DNA from: Kudoa neothunni
Taxonomy: Eukaryota > Animalia > Cnidaria
Reading direction: 5' to 3'
Assembly (NCBI GenBank): GCA_964304625.1
Contig: OZ199840.1
Coordinates: 2,148,532-2,212,531, forward strand
Length of the DNA: 64,000 nt
Positions 1 to 10,570 of the stretch are shown piece after piece; positions within the stretch are counted from its first letter, which is position 1, and the number at the start of each line of letters is the position of its first letter. Made by a program: the position numbers and the translations under genes. Under the pieces are notes generated by a model. It saw only the letters and a list, made by a program, of their open reading frames with translations. It was not told the origin of the DNA and searched no databases.

Positions 1-1007
1 TATTAAAAAAGCAATAATTATTGTATTTGTAATCATTGCGTCAATCAAATATATATATATATATATATAGAAAGTTCAATTCTTAACTGATAAAGATATA
101 ATGAGCTTTCATAGCATTAGAAACGCTTAACTCAGAGTAATCTAATCACTAAATCAGTTTTACACATAAATTGGAAGTAAGATACCAAAAAAAATTAATC
201 AATCACTTATTTACAAATAAATTTTGTATTATAGTTTATGATAAGAATAAATATTAATCTCTTGAAAACCAAATTCAAATCAGATATGTAAAATAGTGAA
301 AAATGTAAGTCTCAAGTTTAAATTCTTAATGTCAAAGAAATAACATTATATATTACACCGTGGGAGGGGGATACACAAGATCTATGATATCGATCTGTTG
401 TAATAGAAGGTGAATCCATGGTTAAACCTCTTATGCGTCCACCATGAAGGTTTATTAAGCTCACTGCTAAATAAAAAATAATATACAATTTTCAACTCAT
501 TCATCCAAGTAATAATTTTTAGAGGATTAGATATGAGGTTTTATTTATTCGTTACTTCATCTAATAATTAATAGAGAAGGTATTATATTCAACATTAGAT
601 CAATTTTTTATATAATAATCTCTAAAAAATGCCCTAAGAGATTCTTTGATTTTAATTATTGTGAATGTAAGAGAGAGACACCACAAAGCAACAATAACAA
701 CAACAATAATAATTGCGCCCCCTCAGCTAATGATTTGTTAATCTCCTGTACTAATCTACCAACATAACAGTAATTACAGGAGAATTTGATTTAATAAGTT
801 ATTAATTAAAATGCACATTTTGTCTATGTGTCGTTCCTGTCTCAAGATTGCGTGATTTTATCTTCAATGTGTTGAGCACTCAGTGTGATGTTATTAAGAT
901 ATTAGAATTATTGCATAGTACATAAATTTAATTAAAACATTACAAAATGTCAAAAAATAATCATTGTAAAACATAAACGTAGTGTTATAGTTTTTTTATT
1001 CTATATA

Positions 1008-1720
1008 CAGTCGGACCTGGATATAGCGAGATTTTGATTGCAACGTTTATTTTAAGACATAGGGAATAGTTTGAATTCTTTTTCTGTATTAAGCGGTATT
1101 CATAATTTAAACTAAAGAATTTGGTTGAATAAATTTTTTTCTAGCTATGCAATATCTCGTTATAGCAAGCTTCCTTCATATAGCGAAGTTTCTAGATAAT
1201 TCGAAAGCATTTATGGTTTAAAAACCCATTATTATAGAATTTTCATGATCAAATAAGGGAATTAGAGGAATAGAGGCCGAAACAATAAATAATTTCATCT
1301 ACATGATAATTGCGTCAGTTTTAAAATTCGTGTGAGAATTTTTAGATCGATCATCGTTGGGCACAACACCCCTGTAAAATGAGCACAATATTATTAATTC
1401 CGATATTTCTTAAAATAGAAAAAGATTGTCATCTGGAAAATTTATGCTGCCTCTCGCCAATATAATTTTTATTTTTCCCAAAAGATACCATTAGCTGTAT
1501 GCAGCTAATGGATGTTGGAATAATACACCACTTAGAATTCCGTTATCAAAGTACCCCTTGTCGAGACATTCCACCATATGAAGAGAGCTGCGGACCAAAA
1601 TTTACATTATTAGACCATATCAGAACCCCTGAAAAATCTGTGGATAAAGTTTCTTCCTCAACCATCATTAATTGTTTAATTAAGTCAAAAATATTTAACA
1701 AGGATATTCATGCTATTTAA
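1008..1720 (+). mobile_element. Degenerate pogo/Tigger DNA transposon remnant
   Basis: Tigger-like left end TA|CAGTCGGACCTGGATATAGCGAG at 1008. The DDE_1-like peptide FPKDTISCMQLMDVGIIHHLEFRY (cf. FLPPNTTSxLQPMDxGII) lies at ~1470-1550. Right end not found. Confidence 0.6.
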
Positions 1721-2508
1721 ATTTTCCTTAAAATCATTTAGAACAAAAACCCCATTTCGAAAATGTTGCACACGACGAAGGTAACATTCAAGGAATATTT
1801 TATATTTACTTTAAAATTTAGTTGAAAACGACATCTTTAAGATAAATATACTCGAACATTACATTTTAATGTGATGAAGAAGAATGTTTAGCATTGCCTA
1901 AAAAAGTGTATTAAGGAATGAGGAAGAAGTAACTAAAGCACTGACTATTAATGATATTGAGATGAAACTTATGCGCGGAGAATAGGATTTATGCAAAGCG
2001 ATCCAGCTGGTTTATTTTATTTACATCCAATAATGGACTAAAGCTCTCATATGGCAATAAAACGTTTCGCTCAAACATACAATACAAATAATTTTAAAAA
2101 TGATCAAAATTAATATACATTTTTTATCATAAATTTATTTCTTTCATACTTAATTTATTATTTTTATGCAGTTTAATTAAGCTGACTATCTAATGCACAC
2201 AATTTTTTCCACCTGAATTAATGCTTTGAAGAGTAAATTTTGAGAAAATACGTCATTTTTTGATGGTAATGATTAATATGAATATAAAATGACATTGCTT
2301 TTTACTAAAACCATCTATAAAAGTGGACATTAATATATTTTGCATAAAATTAATTCTTGTCAATAGAAATCAAATTTTTTAAGATTTTGTTATACCTTAA
2401 AAGCGAATACAGTAATTAACCGATAATACGTGCTAAAAATGAGTGCAAATTTATATTTTTTTGTGTTTTCTTCATTTTTCAGCATAGGTATTACACCTTT
2501 TATTTAAA

Positions 2509-3486
2509 CTAGCGAGAACTGCCCATCGTTGCTTGGGGAAGATTTTGCGTAGATACGTTTCTTAACAATATTCAAAAAATATACTGAAGTTTCAAATTGG
2601 TTTATAGAAACAGTCTAACTAAATTATTTGAGCATCATACTTGGCGATTTTGATGTCGAAATTTAAATTATGATCATTTCTGTGCAGGAGTGTATCAATC
2701 CCGGCGTTCATTTAAACCTCGTTAAAATGTTTCCCTAAACGTTATTTTTTACTGGCTCACAAATTTTGTGAACCACTGTTTACGGGAGACAAATAAAGAG
2801 AAAAAGATATAGAGATAGAAGAAGATAAAACTTTATTACTCAAATTAATACCCCCCCCCCCCCCGCCAAGAGCTTAACGCACATTTCCCCACAAACAGTC
2901 ACAAAACATGTCAACTTCAACATAAACAATTTAAATAATTGGGTGAAATAAAAGTACAACCATATACATTAAATTTAATCACGGGAAGTTAAACTTAGCG
3001 GACGATTTCAATAAAATCTAGGGACGCAGTGTATCCATTATAAAGCTTCAATCTATCTGATTACATAATTCCATACCAAATCGTTATTAATGAAGCAAAC
3101 ATAGACTTTCCCACATATTTTAAACCATTAATATATCTTTTAAAACATACTTATCAAATCGTATACGTTAAACTCCCGACAAAAGAAGTGTATCCGCGCC
3201 AACATTATATAAAAAGACAGTTGCTATCGCTTAATTTAAGTTTGATAACGCATATAGGGAGGAAAGTTAACTCCTACCGACCTTCAGCAGGTCATAAGCA
3301 TGTGTTAATCCTTTTGTTGAACTCAGGTAATTCGTTAAACGAACCTTGAATCGACAAAATTACCATTTTCTAAACACTTTTTGGAACATTTGATAGAGTG
3401 AAACTGATTTAAAAATTTGTTATGCACATGCTTACTTGCTGACACAAACCTAGGGACACTTCAGCTTTATATATATAGTAAATAGA
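2509..3486 (-). mobile_element. Non-autonomous Helitron, family A
   Basis: On the minus strand it starts A|TCTATTTACTATATATATAAAGC and ends with a CCCAAGCAACGATGGG hairpin followed by GCTAG|T. Internal blocks match 42720-42950, 50856-51100 and 57040-57868. Confidence 0.7.
2777..2897. mobile_element. Possible short solo LTR inside the Helitron
   Basis: 121 bp with inverted TG..CA termini (TGTTTACGGGAG...TTCCCCACAAACA). The 5-bp flanks ACCAC/GTCAC match only 3/5. Confidence 0.35.
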
Positions 3487-3639
3487 TAGTAGACAGAAGA
3501 TTTTTCGTTGTTTTCAAGCTTAAAAAGCTTCAAATAAGTATTCTAATCAATAGAAAAAATGTTTAAAAGCGTGGCGTTATTGATAAAATAGTACGATTAA
3601 TCCTATATTTGACCCCAACAAAATAATGTTAGGACAATC

Positions 3640-4290
3640 TTAGAGAAGCGTAGAAGAAAAAAATTCAAATAATTAAATATTATTACTCGATTAAAACGAT
3701 ATCTGGTGCAAAAATGATGACTAGATTTTAGCTTTCGGTAAATCAGGATAGGTAGTTCCTCTCTCGATAGAATATTATCAAAAAAAGATGAACTTATTAG
3801 TTCAAACATTTCAATTAACCAAATACGAATTTCACGGGGAAAATACACTCAGATTGAGAGTGAGTTGTATAATTGGATAGTTAGCATGCGAGAAAAAAAG
3901 AAAAACATCTCAAAATTTATAATTAAAGAAAAGGCGATGATTATAGAAAATGATCTTCAAGTCAAAGATTTTCATTCCAGTAATGGGTGGTTTTGTAATT
4001 TCAAGAAACAATTCAGTTTGAAAAATCAAAAGCTTCACGGCGCGGCAGGTAATGCGGATGTGATGGCAGCTAATGAATGGATTGGACAATAAATTTTTTA
4101 GAGAAAGTAGGAACGTTCTTATGTTATTAGATCAATGCCATTCTCATTCTAAATCAATTAATTCATTTACAAACATCAAATTATTATTTCTCCCAAAAAG
4201 TACCACCAGTATCGCGTGACGAATCGATCTCAGTGTTATTAATAGTCTTAAGGCAAACTATAAAAAAACTTAATAAAAACTCTAGTGTGC
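3640..4290 (+). mobile_element. pogo/Tigger (CENP-B-like) transposase pseudogene, internally deleted
   Basis: ORF 3865-4092 encodes a CENP-B HTH (LYNWIVSMRE...IIKEKA...FHSSNGWFCNFKKQF...LHG). It is followed by NIKLLFLPKSTTSI..IDLSVINSLKANYKK (DDE_1) at ~4170-4265. Confidence 0.75.
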
Positions 4291-4727
4291 TCGGCCGGCG
4301 GTTTTTTACTCAAATATTATCTGAGGATAGAAAAAGTGTTAATGGTTATGCTAATGCTATCAACTCTCCTATGCAAAAATACGATAAAAATATTATTATT
4401 ATTATTATTAAAGGTCTGTAGGGATCTTATTTCGAAGCGAAAGTGTTAAAATCCGAATTTCTAAATAAGAACTTCTTTTTAATCCTTTTTAAATGATTCA
4501 GAAATGTGAGAGTAACATTTCTCTAAGAATCATTAATTCTCATTTCTATTTTTGTAGATTATCGTATTCACCCTCATTAATAAAAACGTATTTTAGCTAT
4601 GCTGAACAACATTTACAATATAAAGTTTATAACTAGGGATCGTAGTCTACGATTTTTTAAAAAAGTTTCAACGTTTATTGTCCAGAAATATTAGAAATCT
4701 TCTGAAATACATGAAATGGGTAGTAAC

Positions 4728-5748
4728 TAGGGCTTCAAAAATCGAGGGTTGAGTGTATATGGATTATTCTCTAATTCGAAGAGATTAAGTCAATGTATTA
4801 ACAACATTGTGTGATTCGGTCACAATGGATTCTTATAATCAATGTTAGGAGAAATTTCCTTATCAAAATTCAGCATTGCATTATTTTTTGGAATATACTT
4901 TTTTATTTTTTTTAAAACATCAGCTAAACTACAGTACTACGTATCTGTGCAAAGCTTCGGGTGGTGTCGCATGCAAAATCGGAAGTAAAGTCGTTTCCTA
5001 CAATTAATTGAGTGTTAATTCACTCCTTTTTAGGAAGTTTTTCATTTTTGTTCTTATCACAAAAAATTACATTACATATTTAATTTCAGATCAAAAAGAA
5101 TTAACCTATAAACTGGAAGTAAATCTTAAGTCGAACACATTCGGATTCACGTGGAATCTCTATGTTGTTGATAAATACATAAAAAAATTATTATTTTTTT
5201 ATAATTTTAACAAATTTGCAGTCGGTAATTGTTCACTTTTATTTTTTCTTTGTATCTGTTAGTAATAAGTTTGTAAATGGTCTATCTTGAGTTTGTATTT
5301 TAAAAGCAGACCTTTCTTATTTCTTCTATTAAAAATAAGAATATTGATGTTTCAATTTAACCGTGGCATTCCTTAATGTGGTTTGTAGTTTATAATTTTT
5401 TTTGCATAAGTAATTCATGATTAAAAAAATGTTATAACAATATTTGTTCCAAAATTGAAACATGAAAATTTTTAATTGATTTTATTAAGTTATCTTTTTA
5501 TTTATATCCATTAAGTAAATAAAAACAAAAATAGTAAATAATTATTTTTTAATTTAAATTAACCGTAAAGTAGCACAATCGTCACAAATCGAAATATATG
5601 ATTTTTAAGCTTTTCAAATAAAATCAATTATGGATGTTAATAAGTACAAAATATTTTTTCAGTACTTATCTCAACAATATAAAAATGATCGAAAACCTTA
5701 ATAATCCTCACTTCAACACACAATCGCTCTCGATTTTTTAAAGGCCTA
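4728..5748. mobile_element. hAT non-autonomous element nested in 4634-6925
   Basis: TIRs TAGGGCTTCAAAAATCGAG / CTCGATTTTTTAAAGGCCTA; 8-bp TSD GTAGTAAC/ATAGTAAC (7/8). Confidence 0.8.
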
Positions 5749-5892
5749 ATAGTAACCGGAAAGAAATTGATAGATTTCTTGTTGAATGGATCAGCATAGA
5801 GATGGTAGAAAATGAATTAACCTGTAAATATTGCAAAGTGAAATTATCTTCAAAACAAAACAAAACATACTTCATTAAAAAAGCGTTTCAAG

Positions 5893-6719
5893 CATGGCGT
5901 CCAAACCTTGGGTTCTTGGGGTTTTTCTCATTTCAAACCATATACTTGGTTTTTTGATTATTTACAAAACTTGTAAATTATTGAATTCTCATTGAGATCA
6001 ATTTATTAGTGGAAAGAATTAAAATTATTCTAAATTTCAAAAAGATATCACGATCGTTGGCAAAGCACTGTTTTCCGACCTTTGGATAATTGTTATTCAA
6101 TCAATTGTTCTTATTATTCTGTGATTGAACTTGAGTATTTCAATGCTTTCTTAAAATTTCCTAATTTTGTTAATAACATATTTTGAAGTTATTGACGTAT
6201 ATTATTTAAAGTATGCGTGAAAATTCAAATAGAGCTCAAAAAAGAGCATGGGATAATGTGCACTTCTACTAAGATTGGTTAAAGTGGAAGATTTTAAAGA
6301 TTGGATTGATCAAGATGCAAAGGACATATATTCCAGCTAATGCAAATGTTTAACGAATTTATTCATTTATGAACACAGTAAAAACTAAATAAACCAACTC
6401 ATTAAAGGCTGAAACTGTGAAATGTAAACATCTCGCAAAGCAGTTGACCAGAACAAATAATAATACGTTTTGGACGTCGCATCCAACAAATAAACTAGGA
6501 CATGACGTAAACAATGGTGTTGTGAACTAACGATACCTTGGTTGTTTGAAAAATGGATCAAACTTCTTAACTGGGGGTTGTGAAGATGTTGAAGATGATT
6601 CGATTGACGGCAATAATGAGAAAAACGCGATTAAATAAAAAAAAATTTGTTATTTTAATAATATTATTGTGTTTTCTTTGCGATCTTGGGATTTTTCCGA
6701 TAGTCTCATTGGACGCCTG
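5893..6719. mobile_element. hAT non-autonomous element nested in 4634-6925
   Basis: TIRs CATGGCGTCCAA / TTGGACGCCTG; perfect 8-bp TSD GTTTCAAG on both sides. Confidence 0.8.
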
Positions 6720-7063
6720 GTTTCAAGACACTTCTCGGCCCGGCCAGTTATTTTTTTGGAGATAGAGAAAATGGCGAAAATAATAAAAATTTTGATCCTA
6801 TAATTTCTCTCGACGTTTTTTCGCGGGGATTTTTGTGCCAATTATGTTTAATTTTAGGTTTTCAAACATTCGCGCAAGCGCACCAATGGGCTAGCCTAAA
6901 TAAACGTCGAAAATTACGATCCCTATTTTAACCGATTTTTGGCATAGACATTCATCTTGATGGAGATTACAATCTCCCATCAGAATATCGATAACAATTT
7001 TGAACCTTTTAAAGATTCGCGGTAAAATTTTTAAAGATAATGAAATAACGATTTTCATATTAA

Positions 7064-8102
7064 CCCTCCCCGGACGGATGGCGGGGGGGGGTCTCTCGGG
7101 GCCCCACCTCAGGTTATTTTTATTGTTACTCTATAAATGAAAATGTGATAACGTTTAAGGATTCAGATAATCTTTAATTGTAAGATTTATAATTGATTTA
7201 TAATATTAGTTAAAATTTTTAACACTCGAATGTTTTAGAAAATGCATTTTTTAGTAGGATGCAAAATACAAATTGTTTAGAATCCATCCAATTGAGTAAG
7301 ATGGAATGAATACTCGTGAATTTGAATAAATATATGTAATATATTTCCAAATTTTTTGTAGTTTTTAAATTTCACCGAGTGATCACAAAGCCTAATAGGA
7401 TCAGTGTTAACATCAAATGGTTTTGCTCCATAGTAACATAAAAAGTATTTATATTACGGTAATTTAAGTAATATAAATTAAGTTATGAGTCGTAAGGATA
7501 AATCGGATAATTTTACGACCGACATTAACGAAAGTGAAGTGGTGGGATTTTTGTGATAAAGTCAGGATACGAACCAAATCATTCAATTTTGTTACTACTA
7601 AGGTAAGCCTTTTAGTAGATTCTTCTTAATTGAAGCAATCAATGAAAATTTATTATTCAGATTTAAGTAATGAGGACGACAACAGTATACAATAGGCGCT
7701 AGGTACATTTTTGGGATTGCTGAAACTTTCCGAACATGTGGACTCAGAGGGGCTAATGTCTGGTGCTTGTATAAACTAATCTATACATATAGTTTAAAAA
7801 TTTTTCGTGCCATTTTCTAACTTAATGTTTAATGGAAACAAGATTTTTCGGTTTCCGCTTAGAAGAACACACGTTGAATGATATGTATTAGCGGTGTAAT
7901 TTCAGTGGATTTTTTAGATTTTTCTCGAAAAATTTACGTTTAAATTAAATTTTAAATGTTTCAATAAGATACTTATAAACTTTTATTTGTTGTAATTTTC
8001 ATTACATTGCGAAACCAATTTATTATAATAGAGAACTTGTGGGGCCCCGCGGGACTCCACACGGGGACGCGTGTGATTTTATCGTGCACTATCACAGGAG
8101 GG
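7064..8102. mobile_element. Non-autonomous piggyBac element
   Basis: TTAA|CCCTCC...GGAGGG|TTTA. The subterminal repeat GGGGTCTCTCGGGGCCCCAC / GTGGGGCCCCGCGGGACTCC has a short spacer on the left and a long spacer on the right, the typical piggyBac asymmetry. Confidence 0.8.
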
Positions 8103-8250
8103 TTTAGAATCAAGATATTAAAATATTAAATAACGTATTCAATGTCTAAAGGAACTTTTTTTTGGATGATAATATAAAAACTTGACAAGGAATAAGGCCA
8201 TTTAAAAAAGCATCAATGATAGTAATACTCCATTAAGATAATAAATACCA

Positions 8251-9741
8251 TTATTCTTTGTTTTCATTAAGTTTATTAATGTATGTTTCCAGTAGTTTTA
8301 AAATTTCATCGCTTTGAAGAATATTTGTGTGTCCAAGGCCCTTGATAATGGTAACAGCATTAGGATAACCCTTGTTTTTATTAGCAATAATTTTGCAGGA
8401 CGCTAATTCATTATCAGTGAGTGTACCATCCCCACTGACATATTTAAATTGGTCGTAAGTTAATTTATTATATTTATTAACTGTAAATATGTCAATGGTT
8501 GGTTTTCCAGTGCTGAGAATGCAGTGAAAGGGAACGTTGATCGTTTCACTTACCCATACATCTGGTATACTCATATTTTGAAAAATCTTAGCCATTATTC
8601 TATGTTTTTCATCATATATGTCCGTAATATTATTAATCGTATAAATATTGGATCCTTTTTCTAAGAGAACCTATATTATAAGATAGAGATGAAATAAAAT
8701 TAAAAATCATACTCGATTTGGACCAAAATAGGATAGGCTAGGTTGCAAAAAATATATTGACGGATATGTCATGAACATGCCTGGATTAAACATCTTTTTT
8801 GCTTGATTAAAAATTGATTTAGGGCCAGTGTAAAAATAAGTCCATGTGGCGAATGCTTTGACTGATCCAGCAAGGGCGCCATTGACTGATATCCATGAGG
8901 CAACGTGTTGGTCTTTCCAGGTTTGATTTTGTTCAGAAAGAAATAAATGGGTTAAAGCACTTCCCATACTGTGTGAAATAAGGACAACTTTTTTATTTGT
9001 TGCATTAACTATGTGATTGATTTTGTTCTTTAGTTCGGAAAAATAATAATCTTTGTGTGGTTGTGCTATATGTATTTAGTTTGGTAATTACTTCATAAGA
9101 TTACATGGCAGTTTTCGGAAATCATAGGGCGCTCCCAAAAGGTCATCCCGGTTTTTGTATCCCTTTTTTTCAAAAAAAGAAACCATATTGTTATACATTT
9201 TCATTAGATGATATTTCTTCGGGCCCATGCTCATAATACCGTGCATATCTCCGAACAGAACTGTTCCGATTGATATTCCCGGCACATCATCCATCATATT
9301 ATATTTTTGTTTATATTTCAATCTTCATCAACAGTAAATAACATTAAAAAGTTTTATATTTAGAATATACCTTAAATATTCACCTATACATGTAGGGTCA
9401 AATATTTGAGTAATGTCTAACCACATCAAATGCATAGAACTTTTTTTTTTACACCATTCCGTCACCTCAGCCTTATTCTCTATTGTACCATATAATTTAC
9501 TTGAAAGCAATCCAGGAACTAAATTAATTAGTAAGATTTGTATGTATTTGATAATAACTATTTACCAATAATTATAGGATTTCTATCAGTTAACATTTTA
9601 AAACGAGGAGTATTTTTAGTTTCTGTACTTCCTTCGAAAAGATTTAAATGCCCTTCTTTCACAACTATTTAATATAAGCGTAATATAAATTTTTCCAATT
9701 TTACGTAAAACCAAAAGGATTAGTTTATAAAATAGTATCAT
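8251..9741 (-). CDS. PLA2G15: LCAT / lysosomal phospholipase A2 (group XV) family lipase, 424 aa, 6 exons: 9741-9705, 9664-9566, 9518-9371, 9322-9105, 9065-8713, 8670-8251
   Basis: Five GT-AG introns (40, 47, 48, 39, 42 nt) splice to a 1275-nt open frame. Motifs: signal peptide MILFYKLILLVLLV, PIIIVPGLLSSKL, lid Cys pair, GAPYDFRK, nucleophile VVLISHSMG, catalytic Asp in GDGT and His in GHTNIL. PLA2G15 versus LCAT orthology cannot be resolved from sequence alone. Confidence 0.92.
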
Positions 9742-10275
9742 CGAAATTTTAACTAAAATATCACAATTGAAATGAAGTAATTCGAATTGATAACACTGTT
9801 TGCTGTAATCAAAATAACTGCTTTATTTACTACTGATCTATAGATAAATAGTAAATATAGTAGCTTCTATTTTTATGTTTTGATTATTGTATTTGCGACA
9901 AGGAATTCATTCATGCAGTTAAACAACAAATATTAAATAATATTGTTAATATAACACATAACAGTCTTAGTTATAATTCCAACTACAAAAGTGGAAGCAA
10001 AAACGATATTGTTGATTGTAGTTTATTGGTGCTTAATACCTGTAATGGGCGTAGAATTTTAGTTCATATAAAGTGTTCATTCAGATACATCATGGGAATT
10101 CTGTTTGAAATTCAATTAGTACTGTCAATAACAAGGGGGATTCGTTAATTTTTGTTAGTATCAAAAACATAACAAATTATTTTTGTTCGAAAATTTGCAG
10201 GAAATAGTCCAAGGAAAAAAATTCGAACAGCAGATTAATTTTTCGACATGAGAATATGTTAACTGACATTCCTAT

Positions 10276-10392
10276 TGTAACGCGGCAGCGACAAGCTATA
10301 GAAAACACGGTTCAACAAAACTAACCACGCCGCCGACGACGAACATCGACCATAACATAAAGGTGATGATTAATTATATTAGGTTCACTACA
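10276..10392. mobile_element. Solo LTR, 117 bp
   Basis: TGTAACG...CACTACA termini with a perfect 5-bp TSD CCTAT/CCTAT. Confidence 0.7.
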
Positions 10393-10489
10393 CCTATTTA
10401 GTAGGGTAATACAAAAATAACAATATTAATGGTCAATAAATTGTATCATCCATCTGATACCGTTATGGGGAGTTTTTAAGAATATTTCG

Positions 10490-10570
10490 ATTCTTTTTGT
10501 TTAAAAAATAAAACCCCTGGTGTTACTTATTACGTTGTGGAGTTATGGCTAGTTAGACCATCCCTATTAA
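10490..10570 (-). mobile_element. 3' fragment of the SINE seen at 38922-39372
   Basis: TTTTGTTTA..TAAAACCCCTGG...GTTGTGGA...AGACC..C.ATTAA matches 38925-39001. It is truncated at the TTAA where the piggyBac begins. Confidence 0.6.

Larger units (their letters stand above)
4634..6925 (+). mobile_element. hAT non-autonomous element (outer element of a nest)
   Basis: TIRs TAGGGATCGTA / TACGATCCCTA, with approximate 8-bp flanks TTTATAAC/TTTTAACC. A BED-finger-like TCKYCKVKLS lies at ~5820. Confidence 0.7.

Noticed and set aside
340-470. Minus-strand peptide KPSWWTHKRFNHGFTFYYNRS resembling a WW domain, after a possible acceptor
   Set aside because: An in-frame stop follows immediately, the second Trp is absent and no convincing flanking exons were found.
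666-944. TGTAAG...ATTACA possible solo LTR
   Set aside because: No target site duplication and no second copy.
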